From Nitrospirota bacterium (GTDB taxonomy: Bacteria; Nitrospirota; UBA9217), in contig DASPSR010000007.1 in assembly GCA_035623825.1 (NCBI GenBank), forward strand, positions 1 to 64,000: DNA of 64,000 nucleotides, in the 5' to 3' direction. This document shows, one piece after another, positions 1 to 9,921 of this stretch. Every line of letters starts with the position of its first letter. Position 1 is the first letter of the stretch. The position numbers were made by a program, and so were the translations under genes. Under the pieces are notes generated by a model. That model had not been told where the DNA came from. It did not search any database and worked only from the letters and a program-made list of their open reading frames with translations.

Positions 1-375
1 CTGAGCAATTTAGAGTTTGTACAAGAAACACTCAAAAATGCCGCACTCGAGGCAAAGGCGACGATTGTCGAAGTCGCTTTCCATGAATTCAGTCCATTTG
101 GCATCAGCGGGATGGTTGTCATTGCTGAATCCCACCTTGCCATCCACACCTGGCCGGAATACGGCTATGCCGCAGTAGATGTCTTCACCTGCGGAGACCT
201 GATTGATCCCAAGGTCGCCGCAAAATACCTCATTGACAAGTTCCAGTCCAAAAACCCTTCAATCATCGAGATGAAGAGGGGTATTCTAGGCCACGAAAAG
301 CTTCCCCACAAAGTCACGGTACAGGGAGAATCGCTCCAGCATGATAGAGCCCAAGAGCTACAAGTGGTTCATTGA
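1..375 (+). CDS. speD: S-adenosylmethionine decarboxylase proenzyme (5' truncated by window edge)
   Basis: Frame is open from base 1 (LSNLEFVQETL...FHEFSPFGISGMVVIAESHLAIHTWPEYGYAAVDVFTCG); contains the ESH self-cleavage and HTWPE/FTCG motifs. Confidence 0.93.
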   Translation: MSNLEFVQETLKNAALEAKATIVEVAFHEFSPFGISGMVVIAESHLAIHTWPEYGYAAVDVFTCGDLIDPKVAAKYLIDKFQSKNPSIIEMKRGILGHEKLPHKVTVQGESLQHDRAQELQVVH

Positions 376-1261
376 GTACATGAGCCCCGAGGAGGGGCAT
401 CTTCACGGCATCCGCATGATCAACTATGCAAGTCAGACCAAGTTTCAGCGGATGGAGATCATGGAAAGCGGGAGCTATGGCCGGTGCCTCGTGCTAGACG
501 GCAAGATGCAGTCATCGGTCACCGACGAGTTCATCTACCACGAGGGTTTGGTGCATCCGGCCATGCTTACCCACCCGAATCCGAAGCGCGTATTCATTGT
601 CGGAGGAGGCGAAGGGGCGACACTCCGGGAAGTGCTCCGCCATAAAAGTGTCGAGTACTGCATGATGGTGGACATCGATCAGGAAGTCGTTGAAAAATCA
701 AAGGAACTCTTGCCTGAATGGCACCGGGGAGCTTTCGACGACCCTCGGACCGACCTCCGTTTCATGGATGCCCGAAAGTATCTCGAGGAGACTCAGGATT
801 CCTATGATGTCATCATCATCGATATCTCCGAGCCTGTGGAAGAGGGACCGGCCTACCTTCTGTTCACGCGCGAGTTTTATGAGATCGTGAAAGAGCGTCT
901 GAGCCCCGAAGGGGTCATCTCCCTCCAGGCGGGGACCACGGCGCTGCACCAGCTTTTGAACTTTACGGCCGTGAACAAGACTCTGACCGCTGTGTTTCCT
1001 GTCGTCGCCCCCTATGCCGTTTCCATACCCTCTTTCGGGCTGCCATGGGGCTTTACCCTTGCCTCGAAAAAGAACGACCCAAGGAAGTTCAGCACTCAAC
1101 AGGTGGACGATATGATCACCAAGAGGATTAAGGGCGAAAACCGATACTACGATGGCATCACAAACCAGGGCATGTACCTCCTGCCCAAGCACATTCGCAA
1201 GGCCATGGCGGAAGAGACAAAAATTATTGAGGACAATGCTCCCCTCTTCACCTACCACTAG
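341..1261 (+). CDS. speE: Polyamine aminopropyltransferase (spermidine synthase family)
   Basis: LVLDG..QS..DEFIYHE, VGGGEGATLREV and YDVIIID motifs; overlaps speD. Confidence 0.92.
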   Translation: MIEPKSYKWFIEYMSPEEGHLHGIRMINYASQTKFQRMEIMESGSYGRCLVLDGKMQSSVTDEFIYHEGLVHPAMLTHPNPKRVFIVGGGEGATLREVLRHKSVEYCMMVDIDQEVVEKSKELLPEWHRGAFDDPRTDLRFMDARKYLEETQDSYDVIIIDISEPVEEGPAYLLFTREFYEIVKERLSPEGVISLQAGTTALHQLLNFTAVNKTLTAVFPVVAPYAVSIPSFGLPWGFTLASKKNDPRKFSTQQVDDMITKRIKGENRYYDGITNQGMYLLPKHIRKAMAEETKIIEDNAPLFTYH

Positions 1262-1267
1262 AAGGCA

Positions 1268-2746
1268 ATGAATCCTAACCGATTAGAGGATGAGCAGTTT
1301 CGAACCCCTCTGTTCGATGCAATGGTCAATCTTGCGGAAAGCCGCAAGGTTTCCTTCCATACTCCCGGACATAAGAGCGGCAAAGGCATATCCACCCGGT
1401 TCCGCAAGTTCGTCGGACCGCGTATCTTTTCCATCGACCTCACCACGCTCGACGAGGTAGACTCACTCCAGAACCCCACAGGTGTCATCAAGGAAGCCCA
1501 GGAACTCGCTGCAAAGGCGAGCGGTGCTGATCGTTCCTACTTTCTTGTGAACGGCACGACGGTGGGAAACCATGCCATGGTGGCGTCTATGACAGGGCCC
1601 GGCGACAAGGTCTTGATCGCGCGTAACTGCCACAGGTCGGCGCTGACTGGCATGATCGTGAGCGGGGCGCAACCCGTCTTCTTTCAGCCGACCTTTGATC
1701 GCGACCTCAAGCTCACCCTTAATGTGACCTTTGAGACGGTCAAACAGGCAATCGACGAAAACCCTGGCAGCCGGGCGCTGTTAATCACCAGTCCGAACTA
1801 TTACGGTCTCTGCGCCCACATCGAGAAGATCATCCCCTATGCCCATGAGAAGGGGCTCATTGTCCTTGTTGACGAGGCCCATGGACCGCACCTGAAGTTC
1901 AATCCTAAGCTTCCCAAGTGTGCCCTTGAAGCAGGGGCTGACCTCTGCGTCCAGTCCACCCACAAGATCGTGGGCGGCATGACCCAAGCGTCCATGCTCC
2001 ACGCCAAGGCTGGGAGAATCAATATCGACGACGTCACGAATACCCTCAAGCTCCTCCAGACTACCAGCCCGTCCTACATCCTCATGGCCTCCCTCGACTT
2101 GGCGCGCATGCAGATGGCTACCGAAGGGAAAAAGCTGCTGAACCGCACCATCAAGCTTGCCGAAGAAGCACGTACCGAGATCAATAAAATCGCCGGCATT
2201 TCCTGTTTCAGCAAGGAGCGGGCGCAACATGCTGGTATGGCGGATATGGACGTGACGAAGCTCACGATTACGGTCTCGGATCTGGGGCTTTCCGGATATC
2301 ATGTGTCCCAGATGTTGAACACACGGTTCGGGATCCAGGTCGAGATGGCTGACCCCTTCCACGTGCTTGTGATTGTCTCGATCGGGGACCGTCAAGACGA
2401 CCTGAACCGACTTGTCGAAGCGCTCAGGCAGATCTCGGCAGAGACGGGGCTCCAAGGGACGCTCCTGCCCTTGGACAAGGTCCGTCCGCCGTCACTCACG
2501 AACCGTTTTGTCATGACCCCGCGTGAGGCCTTTTACTCGGATACCGAGCTCGTGAGCATAGACCAAGCGACAGGCAGAGTGGCCGCAGAGATAGTGACCG
2601 TATATCCGCCGGGCATCCCCCTCCTCGTTCCGGGAGAAGATATTTCAAGAGACGCCATCGACTACATAACGAACATGGCGGGACTCGGCGCGATCATCGA
2701 CGGCTTGAATGAAAGCAACACCCTCGTGCGGGTGGTAAAATCGTAG
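1268..2746 (+). CDS. PLP-dependent Orn/Lys/Arg decarboxylase (Bacillus SpeA-like)
   Basis: SFHTPGHK, LVNGTT, DEAHG, QSTHK (PLP lysine), TTSPSY and YPPGIP motifs; follows speDE. Confidence 0.88.
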   Translation: MNPNRLEDEQFRTPLFDAMVNLAESRKVSFHTPGHKSGKGISTRFRKFVGPRIFSIDLTTLDEVDSLQNPTGVIKEAQELAAKASGADRSYFLVNGTTVGNHAMVASMTGPGDKVLIARNCHRSALTGMIVSGAQPVFFQPTFDRDLKLTLNVTFETVKQAIDENPGSRALLITSPNYYGLCAHIEKIIPYAHEKGLIVLVDEAHGPHLKFNPKLPKCALEAGADLCVQSTHKIVGGMTQASMLHAKAGRINIDDVTNTLKLLQTTSPSYILMASLDLARMQMATEGKKLLNRTIKLAEEARTEINKIAGISCFSKERAQHAGMADMDVTKLTITVSDLGLSGYHVSQMLNTRFGIQVEMADPFHVLVIVSIGDRQDDLNRLVEALRQISAETGLQGTLLPLDKVRPPSLTNRFVMTPREAFYSDTELVSIDQATGRVAAEIVTVYPPGIPLLVPGEDISRDAIDYITNMAGLGAIIDGLNESNTLVRVVKS

Positions 2747-2957
2747 CAATCGCTCGATCACAGTCCGCTCAGAATATTACATGCAAAACGATTGTTCTTT
2801 CCCGCATTTTCTCCAAAAACAATTTTGCCGCAAGACGCGGGGGAAGAAAAGATGACCTATGTTCTTCCGCTATGCTTCCCACGAAAGCCTCTTGTGCTTT
2901 GCACCTATTCAGATCAAGACTTTTTAGTTCCGTCTTGCACAGATCAGGAGGGCTATC

Positions 2958-4199
2958 ATGCATGTTCAGGGTCTGCTCGGACTAATCATGTTCCTGGCCA
3001 TAGCTTGGCTTTTCAGCGAGAACAGAAAGGAGGTCAGGGTCAAAACAGCACTCTCAGGTGTCATAGTCCAGCTAAGCATTGCGGGCATTCTTCTCTATAT
3101 CCCGTTCTTTAAGAAATTCTTCCTGCTGTTGAATAACATAGTCCTGGCCCTTGAGGACGCAACGAAAGCTGGAACATCGTTCGTGTTTGGCTACATCGGC
3201 GGTGGTACTCCGCCCTTCCTGCTCCAGGATCCCGGAGCGAACTTTATACTGGCGTTCCAGGCCCTTCCGCTGGTCCTCGTGATTGGAGCGCTCTCCGGCC
3301 TTCTTTTTTACTGGCGAATTCTACCCTACATCGTAAAGGGCTTCTCCTTCCTGCTCCAAAAGACCATGAACATCGGTGGCGCACTCGGACTTGGCGCATC
3401 CACAACGATATTCCTCGGCATGGTGGAGGCGCCCCTCGTCATCAAGCCCTATCTTAGGGTCATGACGCGGAGCGAGATTTTCTCGCTCATGACTGTTGGG
3501 ATGGCATGCATCGCCGGAACGGTAATGATTCTCTATGCCACGATCCTGAAGGGAGTGATACCCGATCCCCTGGGCCATATACTCGTCGCGTCATTCATCC
3601 ATGTAGCAGCAGCTGTTACTATTGCGCGGATCATGATCCCCGAGACGGGTAATGAAACGGCAGGGGTGCTCATTCCGCAACAAACGGCCAAGAGTTCGAT
3701 GGATGCCGTGGTTAAGGGAACCTTTGACGGCCTCCATCTGCTCCTTAACATCATTGCGATGCTCGTGGTAATGGTCGCGCTTGTGCATCTCGCAAATCGC
3801 CTCATCGGCCTGCTGCCAGACGTAGCCGGGGCGCCGCTCACGCTCCAGAGGCTTCTCGGCTTCCTCATGGCGCCCGTGGTCTGGCTCTTTGGCATTCCTT
3901 GGGCGGAAGCGCAAACGGCGGGGTCCCTTATGGGCACGAAGACCATACTGAACGAGCTTCTCGCCTTTCTGGACATGGCCAAGCTCCCGGTGGATGCACT
4001 CGATTCGCGGAGCCGGCTGATTATGACCTATGCCCTGTCAAGCTTTGCCAATTTCGGCAGCCTTGGAATCCTCATCGGCGGGCTTGGCAGCCTGGCGCCG
4101 GAACGGCGGGACGAGATCGTTGGACTCGGCATAAGGGCTCTTGTAGCGGGGACGCTTGCTACGTGCATGACCGGTGCGGTAATCGGTATATTTTCCTGA
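2958..4199 (+). CDS. Concentrative nucleoside transporter (NupC/CNT family)
   Basis: Multi-TM; FVFG, FLGMVEAPL, KTILNE and SFANFGSLGI motifs; AGGAGG RBS. Confidence 0.9.
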   Translation: MHVQGLLGLIMFLAIAWLFSENRKEVRVKTALSGVIVQLSIAGILLYIPFFKKFFLLLNNIVLALEDATKAGTSFVFGYIGGGTPPFLLQDPGANFILAFQALPLVLVIGALSGLLFYWRILPYIVKGFSFLLQKTMNIGGALGLGASTTIFLGMVEAPLVIKPYLRVMTRSEIFSLMTVGMACIAGTVMILYATILKGVIPDPLGHILVASFIHVAAAVTIARIMIPETGNETAGVLIPQQTAKSSMDAVVKGTFDGLHLLLNIIAMLVVMVALVHLANRLIGLLPDVAGAPLTLQRLLGFLMAPVVWLFGIPWAEAQTAGSLMGTKTILNELLAFLDMAKLPVDALDSRSRLIMTYALSSFANFGSLGILIGGLGSLAPERRDEIVGLGIRALVAGTLATCMTGAVIGIFS

Positions 4200-4322
4200 T
4201 GCAGACCAGTCGGAGGCAAAATCTTGGCACCGCAGCGGTCTACAAGATGCCGAACCGCGTAGTTGTTGACTTCATCATTGAACGGTATACCCTTATTCTT
4301 CCTAATCTGGTATAATCCAAAC

Positions 4323-5948
4323 ATGCGCCTTTTCCGTTATCGGGGCCGGTTCTTCCAAGGGGTCAGGCTTTTCTTTACGGTGCTTCTGAGCTATAAGCTC
4401 TTGGGGCTCCGCAATGCCTTTGCCTCTCCAAAGGTCCGGCAGGAACGGCTCAAATGGCTCCATGCAAAGAACGCGACCATGCTCCGCGAGCATATGATCA
4501 AGATGCGCGGAGTGCTGATCAAGATTGGCCAGTTCATGTCATCCCGTGTTGACATTCTACCCGAAGAATACACAGACGAGCTTTCCAAGCTTCAGGACCA
4601 AGTGCCACCTGCCCCCTTTTCCGACATCATGAGGCGCATTACGGAGGAACTCGGTCCCATGGACGAGGTATTCTCCTCCTTCGATGAAGTGCCAATTGCC
4701 TCAGCCTCTCTCGGCCAGGTACACCGAGCGTGCCTCCGCGATGGAGATTGCATAGTGGTCAAAGTCCAGTATCCGGGCATTGACGAGGTGATAGCGGCGG
4801 ACATGAAGACGCTCAAGTTCGTAATCAGGATTCTGCGGCTCCTCTACCGGCAAATCAACCTCGATGTCATCTATTCCGAGTTCTCAAGGATCGTCTTTGA
4901 GGAGTTGGATTATATACAGGAAGGAAAGAATGCCGAAACGTTCGCCCGAAACTTTGAGAAAAACCCGAAGATCAAGATCCCCTTGGTCTATTGGCCGTTC
5001 ACGACGTCCAAGGTTCTAACCCTTGAATATCTCGCCGGTACCAAAATCACCGACTTCGAACTGATTGACCGTCAGGGCATCGACCGGAAAGAGGTTGCAC
5101 GCGTACTCGCAGAGGCGTACGCTCAGATGTTCTTTGCCGACGGCCTGTTCCACGGCGATCCTCACCCCGGGAACATATTCGTGCGGCCGGGCCCCGAGGT
5201 CATTCTCGTTGACTTCGGCATGGTTGACCGCATCTCACTTCCGAAAAGAGAGGGACTCCGGCGCGCCTTCACCGCGATCGTCGATCACGATGCGCTAGGC
5301 CTGGTCCGCGCGCTTGTGGACATGGGCTTCATACCGCTCACGAAGGACATTCAACCACTGGTGCAGTTCGTGGATCGGATCCTTCAGAAGTACCGGGACA
5401 TCTCGCCTTCGCAGTTCAAGGCTATGGACATCGACGAGATCGGCAGCGACATCATGGAGGCGCTCCAGCTAAGTCCGTCCATCCAGATCCCGAACGACTT
5501 CATCCTCTTTGGGAGGGTCGTCGGCATGCTGAACGGACTCGGCTCGCGGCTTGATCCTGAGACCAACATCATCGAGATCGCTACCCCCTTCGCTCGGGCG
5601 TTCATCCGCGCCGAGGAGTCGCGTCCGGCGCGGCTCCTGAAGCAGGCGGGTGGCGTGGCCCGGTCCCTGGTTCGGCTGCCGAGGCTCCTGGAAGACCTCC
5701 TGGTCACCACCGGTCGGGGCGAGCTGCGCGTCGAGATCGCGTCGCAGGATATCGTGCGCGTGCTCCAGCACATTCACAACATAGGACGCGGTTTCATCCT
5801 CGCGATCTTCGCCGCGGGCGCGGCTGCGGCTGCCGTCGTCTTCCGCCTTAACCGGTTTGACACAGACGCATTGTGGTGCGCCTATGCCGCTGGAATCTTG
5901 CTGCTGGGGGCCGTCTACTTCATGAGGAAATCGCGGCGATGGGACTGA
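4323..5948 (+). CDS. AarF/ABC1/UbiB family kinase-like protein
   Basis: IKIGQ, LQD, ASASLGQVH, VKVQYP, ELDY, FHGDPHPGN and DFG motifs, C-terminal TM; ATG 4323 chosen because it follows TATAAT. Confidence 0.9.
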   Translation: MRLFRYRGRFFQGVRLFFTVLLSYKLLGLRNAFASPKVRQERLKWLHAKNATMLREHMIKMRGVLIKIGQFMSSRVDILPEEYTDELSKLQDQVPPAPFSDIMRRITEELGPMDEVFSSFDEVPIASASLGQVHRACLRDGDCIVVKVQYPGIDEVIAADMKTLKFVIRILRLLYRQINLDVIYSEFSRIVFEELDYIQEGKNAETFARNFEKNPKIKIPLVYWPFTTSKVLTLEYLAGTKITDFELIDRQGIDRKEVARVLAEAYAQMFFADGLFHGDPHPGNIFVRPGPEVILVDFGMVDRISLPKREGLRRAFTAIVDHDALGLVRALVDMGFIPLTKDIQPLVQFVDRILQKYRDISPSQFKAMDIDEIGSDIMEALQLSPSIQIPNDFILFGRVVGMLNGLGSRLDPETNIIEIATPFARAFIRAEESRPARLLKQAGGVARSLVRLPRLLEDLLVTTGRGELRVEIASQDIVRVLQHIHNIGRGFILAIFAAGAAAAAVVFRLNRFDTDALWCAYAAGILLLGAVYFMRKSRRWD

Positions 5949-6277
5949 CGCAAGCGATGACGATGATTAGATGATTATCTGTGGGGATTCGCCGATAGGA
6001 CAGGGACGTTCAGGATGGTGCCTTCGTCAGCTGCGGCGGTCAGATGACGAAAACTGTTCGACGATTTCCTGGCACTTTCAAGCGGCTGCTGGACCTCGAG
6101 ATCACGGCAGCGCCTATCGTCCTGAGCTCAAACGGGTCGCGCGAACGGCAGGGGATTCATTTTTGCTCTTCTTGCCGGGGCGGTATAGCGACGCTTTCTC
6201 CCTCCGGATCACCACGATTCAGCGAAGAAAGTATTCGGGAAACAAACGCGAACGGCCTGCTGGTCCCCTGATTCATT

Positions 6278-8065
6278 CTACTCGGCTCTAACGAGATCCT
6301 CGAACCTGATGTCCACGCCGAACACCCCTATAATGCGGCCGTCCGCGGAGCCTATTGGTGCCGATACGGTGATGCAAAGCGCACCCGTGATCTTCGACGT
6401 ATAAAAGTCTGAAACGAAGCTCTTGCCATCCTTCATGGGATAGATAAACCAGGGGCGGTCCGAAAAATTGTCGCCGAGCCCTGCATGCTCAAATTGGGCC
6501 TTATACTGGATCTGGGTGATGTTCCTCGTCGTCTTCTTCCCCTCGCCGTTCACCACGTAGGCGAATTGGATTGAGGGGTTCTCCTCGAGTAGCTTCTGCA
6601 TGACCGATTCCTGATGAGCGTGGTCCATGGAGCGGATTTCCTTCCGCTCCACCATCTCCTCGACCAGATGCAGGGCGATCTCCTGAGCCTTTTTCTTCAG
6701 CTTGTCCAGATCCGATACGAAATACTCTGGCAGGTACTTTTTCGCTTTTTCCAGAAGCTCATCGTGAGAGATGCTCGTGGTTCTGCCCTGCTCATACTGT
6801 TCAAGCACCCACTTGTGCATCTTGGCGAGACCCGGATGGCGCTTGTCGATCTTCTTGTCCGCGTCGAGCCCGAGGTGGCTGTTCACCCAGTGCGCTATGC
6901 CGGCAATGCCCGACTTGTCGGTAATTATGACGCCCATGGGGCGCTTGAGGATCTTTGTTGTATCGAAGATATTGTAGATCTCTTCGTTCTTCATCATGCC
7001 GTCGGCGTGGATTCCAGCGCTCGTAGAGTTGAACTCCGATCCTACGAAGGGATAATTGGTAGGAATAGAAAAGCCCATCTCCCTGCGGAAGTACTCAGCC
7101 ATCTCGGTTATCGCCGTCGTGTCTATGCCTGCGTCGTTCCCAGTGAGGCTGATGTAGTCGATGAGCATGGCTTCCACGGGCGTGTTGCCCGTGCGCTCGC
7201 CGAACCCCAGGAGGGCGCCGTTCACAGATGCGCAGCCATACATCCACGCGGCAACACCGTTGATAAGCCCCTTGTGAAAATCATTGTGCCCGTGCCATTC
7301 TAGCTGTTCCGACGGCACTCCGCCGTCATGGATCAGGGCATAGAAGATTTCAGGTACCCCGCGCGGCAGCGCCGTGCCCGGAAAGGGGAAGCCGTAGCCC
7401 ATGGTATCGCAGGCCCTGACCTTGATGGGAATCTTGGATGTTTCCGAGAGCGTCATGAGCTCCTGCACAAAAGGGATGACGAAGCCGTAGAAGTCGGCCC
7501 GCGTGATGTCCTCGAGGTGGCAGCGAGGCGTGATGCCCTGTTCGAGCGATGCGGCAACGATATCGAGGTACTGTTTGAGCGCTTCCTGGCGCGTCATGTT
7601 GAGTTTCAGGAAGAGATGATAATCAGAGCAGGAGGTGAGGATGCCGGTCTCTTTGAGCCCCATCTCTTTTACGAGCTTGAAATCATTCTTGTTCGCCCGG
7701 ATCCAGCCGGTTATCTCAGGATACCGGTATCCGCGCTCCATGCAGAGCTGAACAGCCTCGCGGTCCTTTTCAGAGTACAGAAAAAACTCGGTTTGCCGGA
7801 TTACACCGTTAGGGCCGCTCATACGGTGCATGAAGTCGAAGATGTCGGTTATCTGGTTGGGGGTATAGGGAGGACGCGACTGCTGGCCGTCGCGAAACGT
7901 CGTATCCGTGATCCAGATCTCTTTCGGAATGTTGGTCTGGATGAGCCGGTCCTCAAGTACGACCCTGGGTACGCTTGAATAGGGAAACAAGTCTCGATAA
8001 AGGACGGGTTCTTTTACATCCTTCAGATCGAAAGATATTTTGGATGTTTGTTTTTTTATGGACAA
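6278..8065 (-). CDS. DRE-TIM metallolyase, Re-citrate synthase-like, with C-terminal Cache-like domain
   Basis: ITDTTFRDGQQ, HLEDITRAD, WHGHND, GFGERTGN and AGIHADG motifs; C-terminal 'FSDRPWF...VSDFYTSKITGALCITVSAPI...GVFGVDI' is Cache-like; TTG start with GGAGG RBS. Confidence 0.75.
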   Translation of the reverse strand: MSIKKQTSKISFDLKDVKEPVLYRDLFPYSSVPRVVLEDRLIQTNIPKEIWITDTTFRDGQQSRPPYTPNQITDIFDFMHRMSGPNGVIRQTEFFLYSEKDREAVQLCMERGYRYPEITGWIRANKNDFKLVKEMGLKETGILTSCSDYHLFLKLNMTRQEALKQYLDIVAASLEQGITPRCHLEDITRADFYGFVIPFVQELMTLSETSKIPIKVRACDTMGYGFPFPGTALPRGVPEIFYALIHDGGVPSEQLEWHGHNDFHKGLINGVAAWMYGCASVNGALLGFGERTGNTPVEAMLIDYISLTGNDAGIDTTAITEMAEYFRREMGFSIPTNYPFVGSEFNSTSAGIHADGMMKNEEIYNIFDTTKILKRPMGVIITDKSGIAGIAHWVNSHLGLDADKKIDKRHPGLAKMHKWVLEQYEQGRTTSISHDELLEKAKKYLPEYFVSDLDKLKKKAQEIALHLVEEMVERKEIRSMDHAHQESVMQKLLEENPSIQFAYVVNGEGKKTTRNITQIQYKAQFEHAGLGDNFSDRPWFIYPMKDGKSFVSDFYTSKITGALCITVSAPIGSADGRIIGVFGVDIRFEDLVRAE

Positions 8066-8202
8066 TGGACCCTCCTTACTAATATAAATCCTGATTCCTG
8101 ATATTGAAATCCTGGATAAAAATGAATTTCAAGGTATGCCCCACGATTTTGAGCATGCGGTCTTTATCATTTATTTCGAATTTCAGATTTTAGCTTTAGA
8201 AT

Positions 8203-8862
8203 TCAATCTCCTCGTATGCCCCTGATCGCCGCAGCATAATCCTTCGTACCGAACACTGCCGAGCCTGCGACGAGAATGTCGGCACCGGCCTTGATGATCC
8301 CGGCTGCGTTGCTGGGGTTCACCCCGCCATCTATTTCAATCTCGGTCTTGAGCTCGAGTTCGTCGATCCGTTTCCGCAGGGTACGGATCTTATCCAGCAT
8401 CAAGGGAATGAACGCTTGACCACCGAAGCCGGGGTTCACGGACATGATGAGCACCATATCCACTTCGGTGAGTATATAGTCCAGGCTCGAAAGCGGCGTC
8501 GCCGGATTGAGCGAGACCGCTGCCTTGACGCCTCTGTGTTCCTTGATCGACTGGACCAGCCTGTTCAAGTGGAGAACAGTTTCGACGTGTACCGTGATAT
8601 AATCCGCGCCCGCCTTTGCGAAATCCGCGATGTACAGCTCCGGGTTTGTTATCATGAGGTGCACATCGAGGGGCAGCTTCGACACCTTGCGAACCGACTG
8701 GACGATCATTGGACCGATGGTGATATTCGGCACGAAGTGGCCGTCCATCACGTCGATGTGGATTATATCGGCGCCGGCGGCCTCGACGGCCCTGATCTCG
8801 TCACCGAGACGGGAAAAATCAGCTGAGAGAATTGACGGCGCAACCTTGATCTTTCGTGACAT
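8203..8862 (-). CDS. rpe: Ribulose-phosphate 3-epimerase
   Basis: [31 protein letters not shown] and DGG motifs. Confidence 0.97.
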   Translation of the reverse strand: MSRKIKVAPSILSADFSRLGDEIRAVEAAGADIIHIDVMDGHFVPNITIGPMIVQSVRKVSKLPLDVHLMITNPELYIADFAKAGADYITVHVETVLHLNRLVQSIKEHRGVKAAVSLNPATPLSSLDYILTEVDMVLIMSVNPGFGGQAFIPLMLDKIRTLRKRIDELELKTEIEIDGGVNPSNAAGIIKAGADILVAGSAVFGTKDYAAAIRGIRGD

Positions 8863-9009
8863 AATTCCCCTACTTGGAAATTTGAATATCCCGAATCACA
8901 GGTATCACAAACACAGAAGATATCCAAATTCAAATTGCCGAACCATATACATGTGGAGCTTGGGCTTGTAATTCATTTGTAACCTGGCGTTTCGTTAGAG
9001 AAATTTATC

Positions 9010-9726
9010 TTACTTGCTCATAATGATATCCACAGTCCCGTCTGAAGGGACAGGAGAACCGGCGTCTGGCTTCTGGCCAACCACGACGCTCTCTGCTGCC
9101 GAGAACTTGCTTCCCGATGCCCTGTACACGATCCTGTGCTGCAATCCTGCTCTGTCAACGATTTTGAGGGCCTCTTCGGCCTTCTTTCCGATCAGTTTCG
9201 GCGTAACGAGCAACGGAACCTTCCTGCCCGAGCTGACAAGCATGCTGATTTTTGCGCCTTTTTCGACCGGACTCCCTCCTAGAGGGGCCTGAGAAATCAC
9301 GATGTCCCGCTCCACGTTTTCAGACGATACACGCGACAGATCTCCGGGGAAAAAACCTGCCTGCCGGGTCATGATCTCCGCCTTGCGGTAGTGTTCACCA
9401 ACAAGCATCGGTACCTGCATTTCACTCGGCCCCTGGCTCACGACCACGTGCACCTGGCGCCCTTTTTTGATCCCGCTACCGGGTGCTGGAATCTGGGAGA
9501 TAACGGCGTTCCTGGGCACAGTTGGATGAAACTCACGACGCTCCACCTTGAGCTGTAGCCCTTGCGGGGTCAGTGTTTCGATCACGGTCACGATATCTTG
9601 GCCAGTAAGATCGGGGACGCGCACCTCTTCCTGGCGGAGAAGCAGCGCAACGACTGCCAACGCGCTTACGATCCCTACTCCGATGAGCGCAAGGAATATG
9701 CTGAGACCTCTCAGGAACCGCTTCAT
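9010..9726 (-). CDS. Membrane-anchored PASTA-repeat protein (no kinase domain)
   Basis: N-terminal TM followed by three VPDLxG...VISQxP..G..V..G..V.LxVS repeats. Confidence 0.85.
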   Translation of the reverse strand: MKRFLRGLSIFLALIGVGIVSALAVVALLLRQEEVRVPDLTGQDIVTVIETLTPQGLQLKVERREFHPTVPRNAVISQIPAPGSGIKKGRQVHVVVSQGPSEMQVPMLVGEHYRKAEIMTRQAGFFPGDLSRVSSENVERDIVISQAPLGGSPVEKGAKISMLVSSGRKVPLLVTPKLIGKKAEEALKIVDRAGLQHRIVYRASGSKFSAAESVVVGQKPDAGSPVPSDGTVDIIMSK

Positions 9727-9921
9727 GAGTTAATCACCCATTGTACTCAGAATTAATACAAGAATCAAGATTTTTGCCCCTCGTGAACGCGAATATTTTA
9801 AAGCAAGACCTTTCCCCTTTCGACAGCAATGGTCATAAAAACTCTCATTACAGGATGAGTAGCAATTATTCATGCTGGCTCTTACGCACCTTTTGCCGCT
9901 ACTCCCATATCCGGCCTATTT

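Noticed and set aside
5971-6291. Short ORFs (5971..6291, 6044..6271) between convergent genes
   Set aside because: No convincing RBS or recognisable domain; the single CxxC is likely chance
9010-9726. Pseudogene of a PknB-like kinase
   Set aside because: The ORF is intact with its own start and TM, and there is no kinase remnant upstream; standalone PASTA proteins are known in this context
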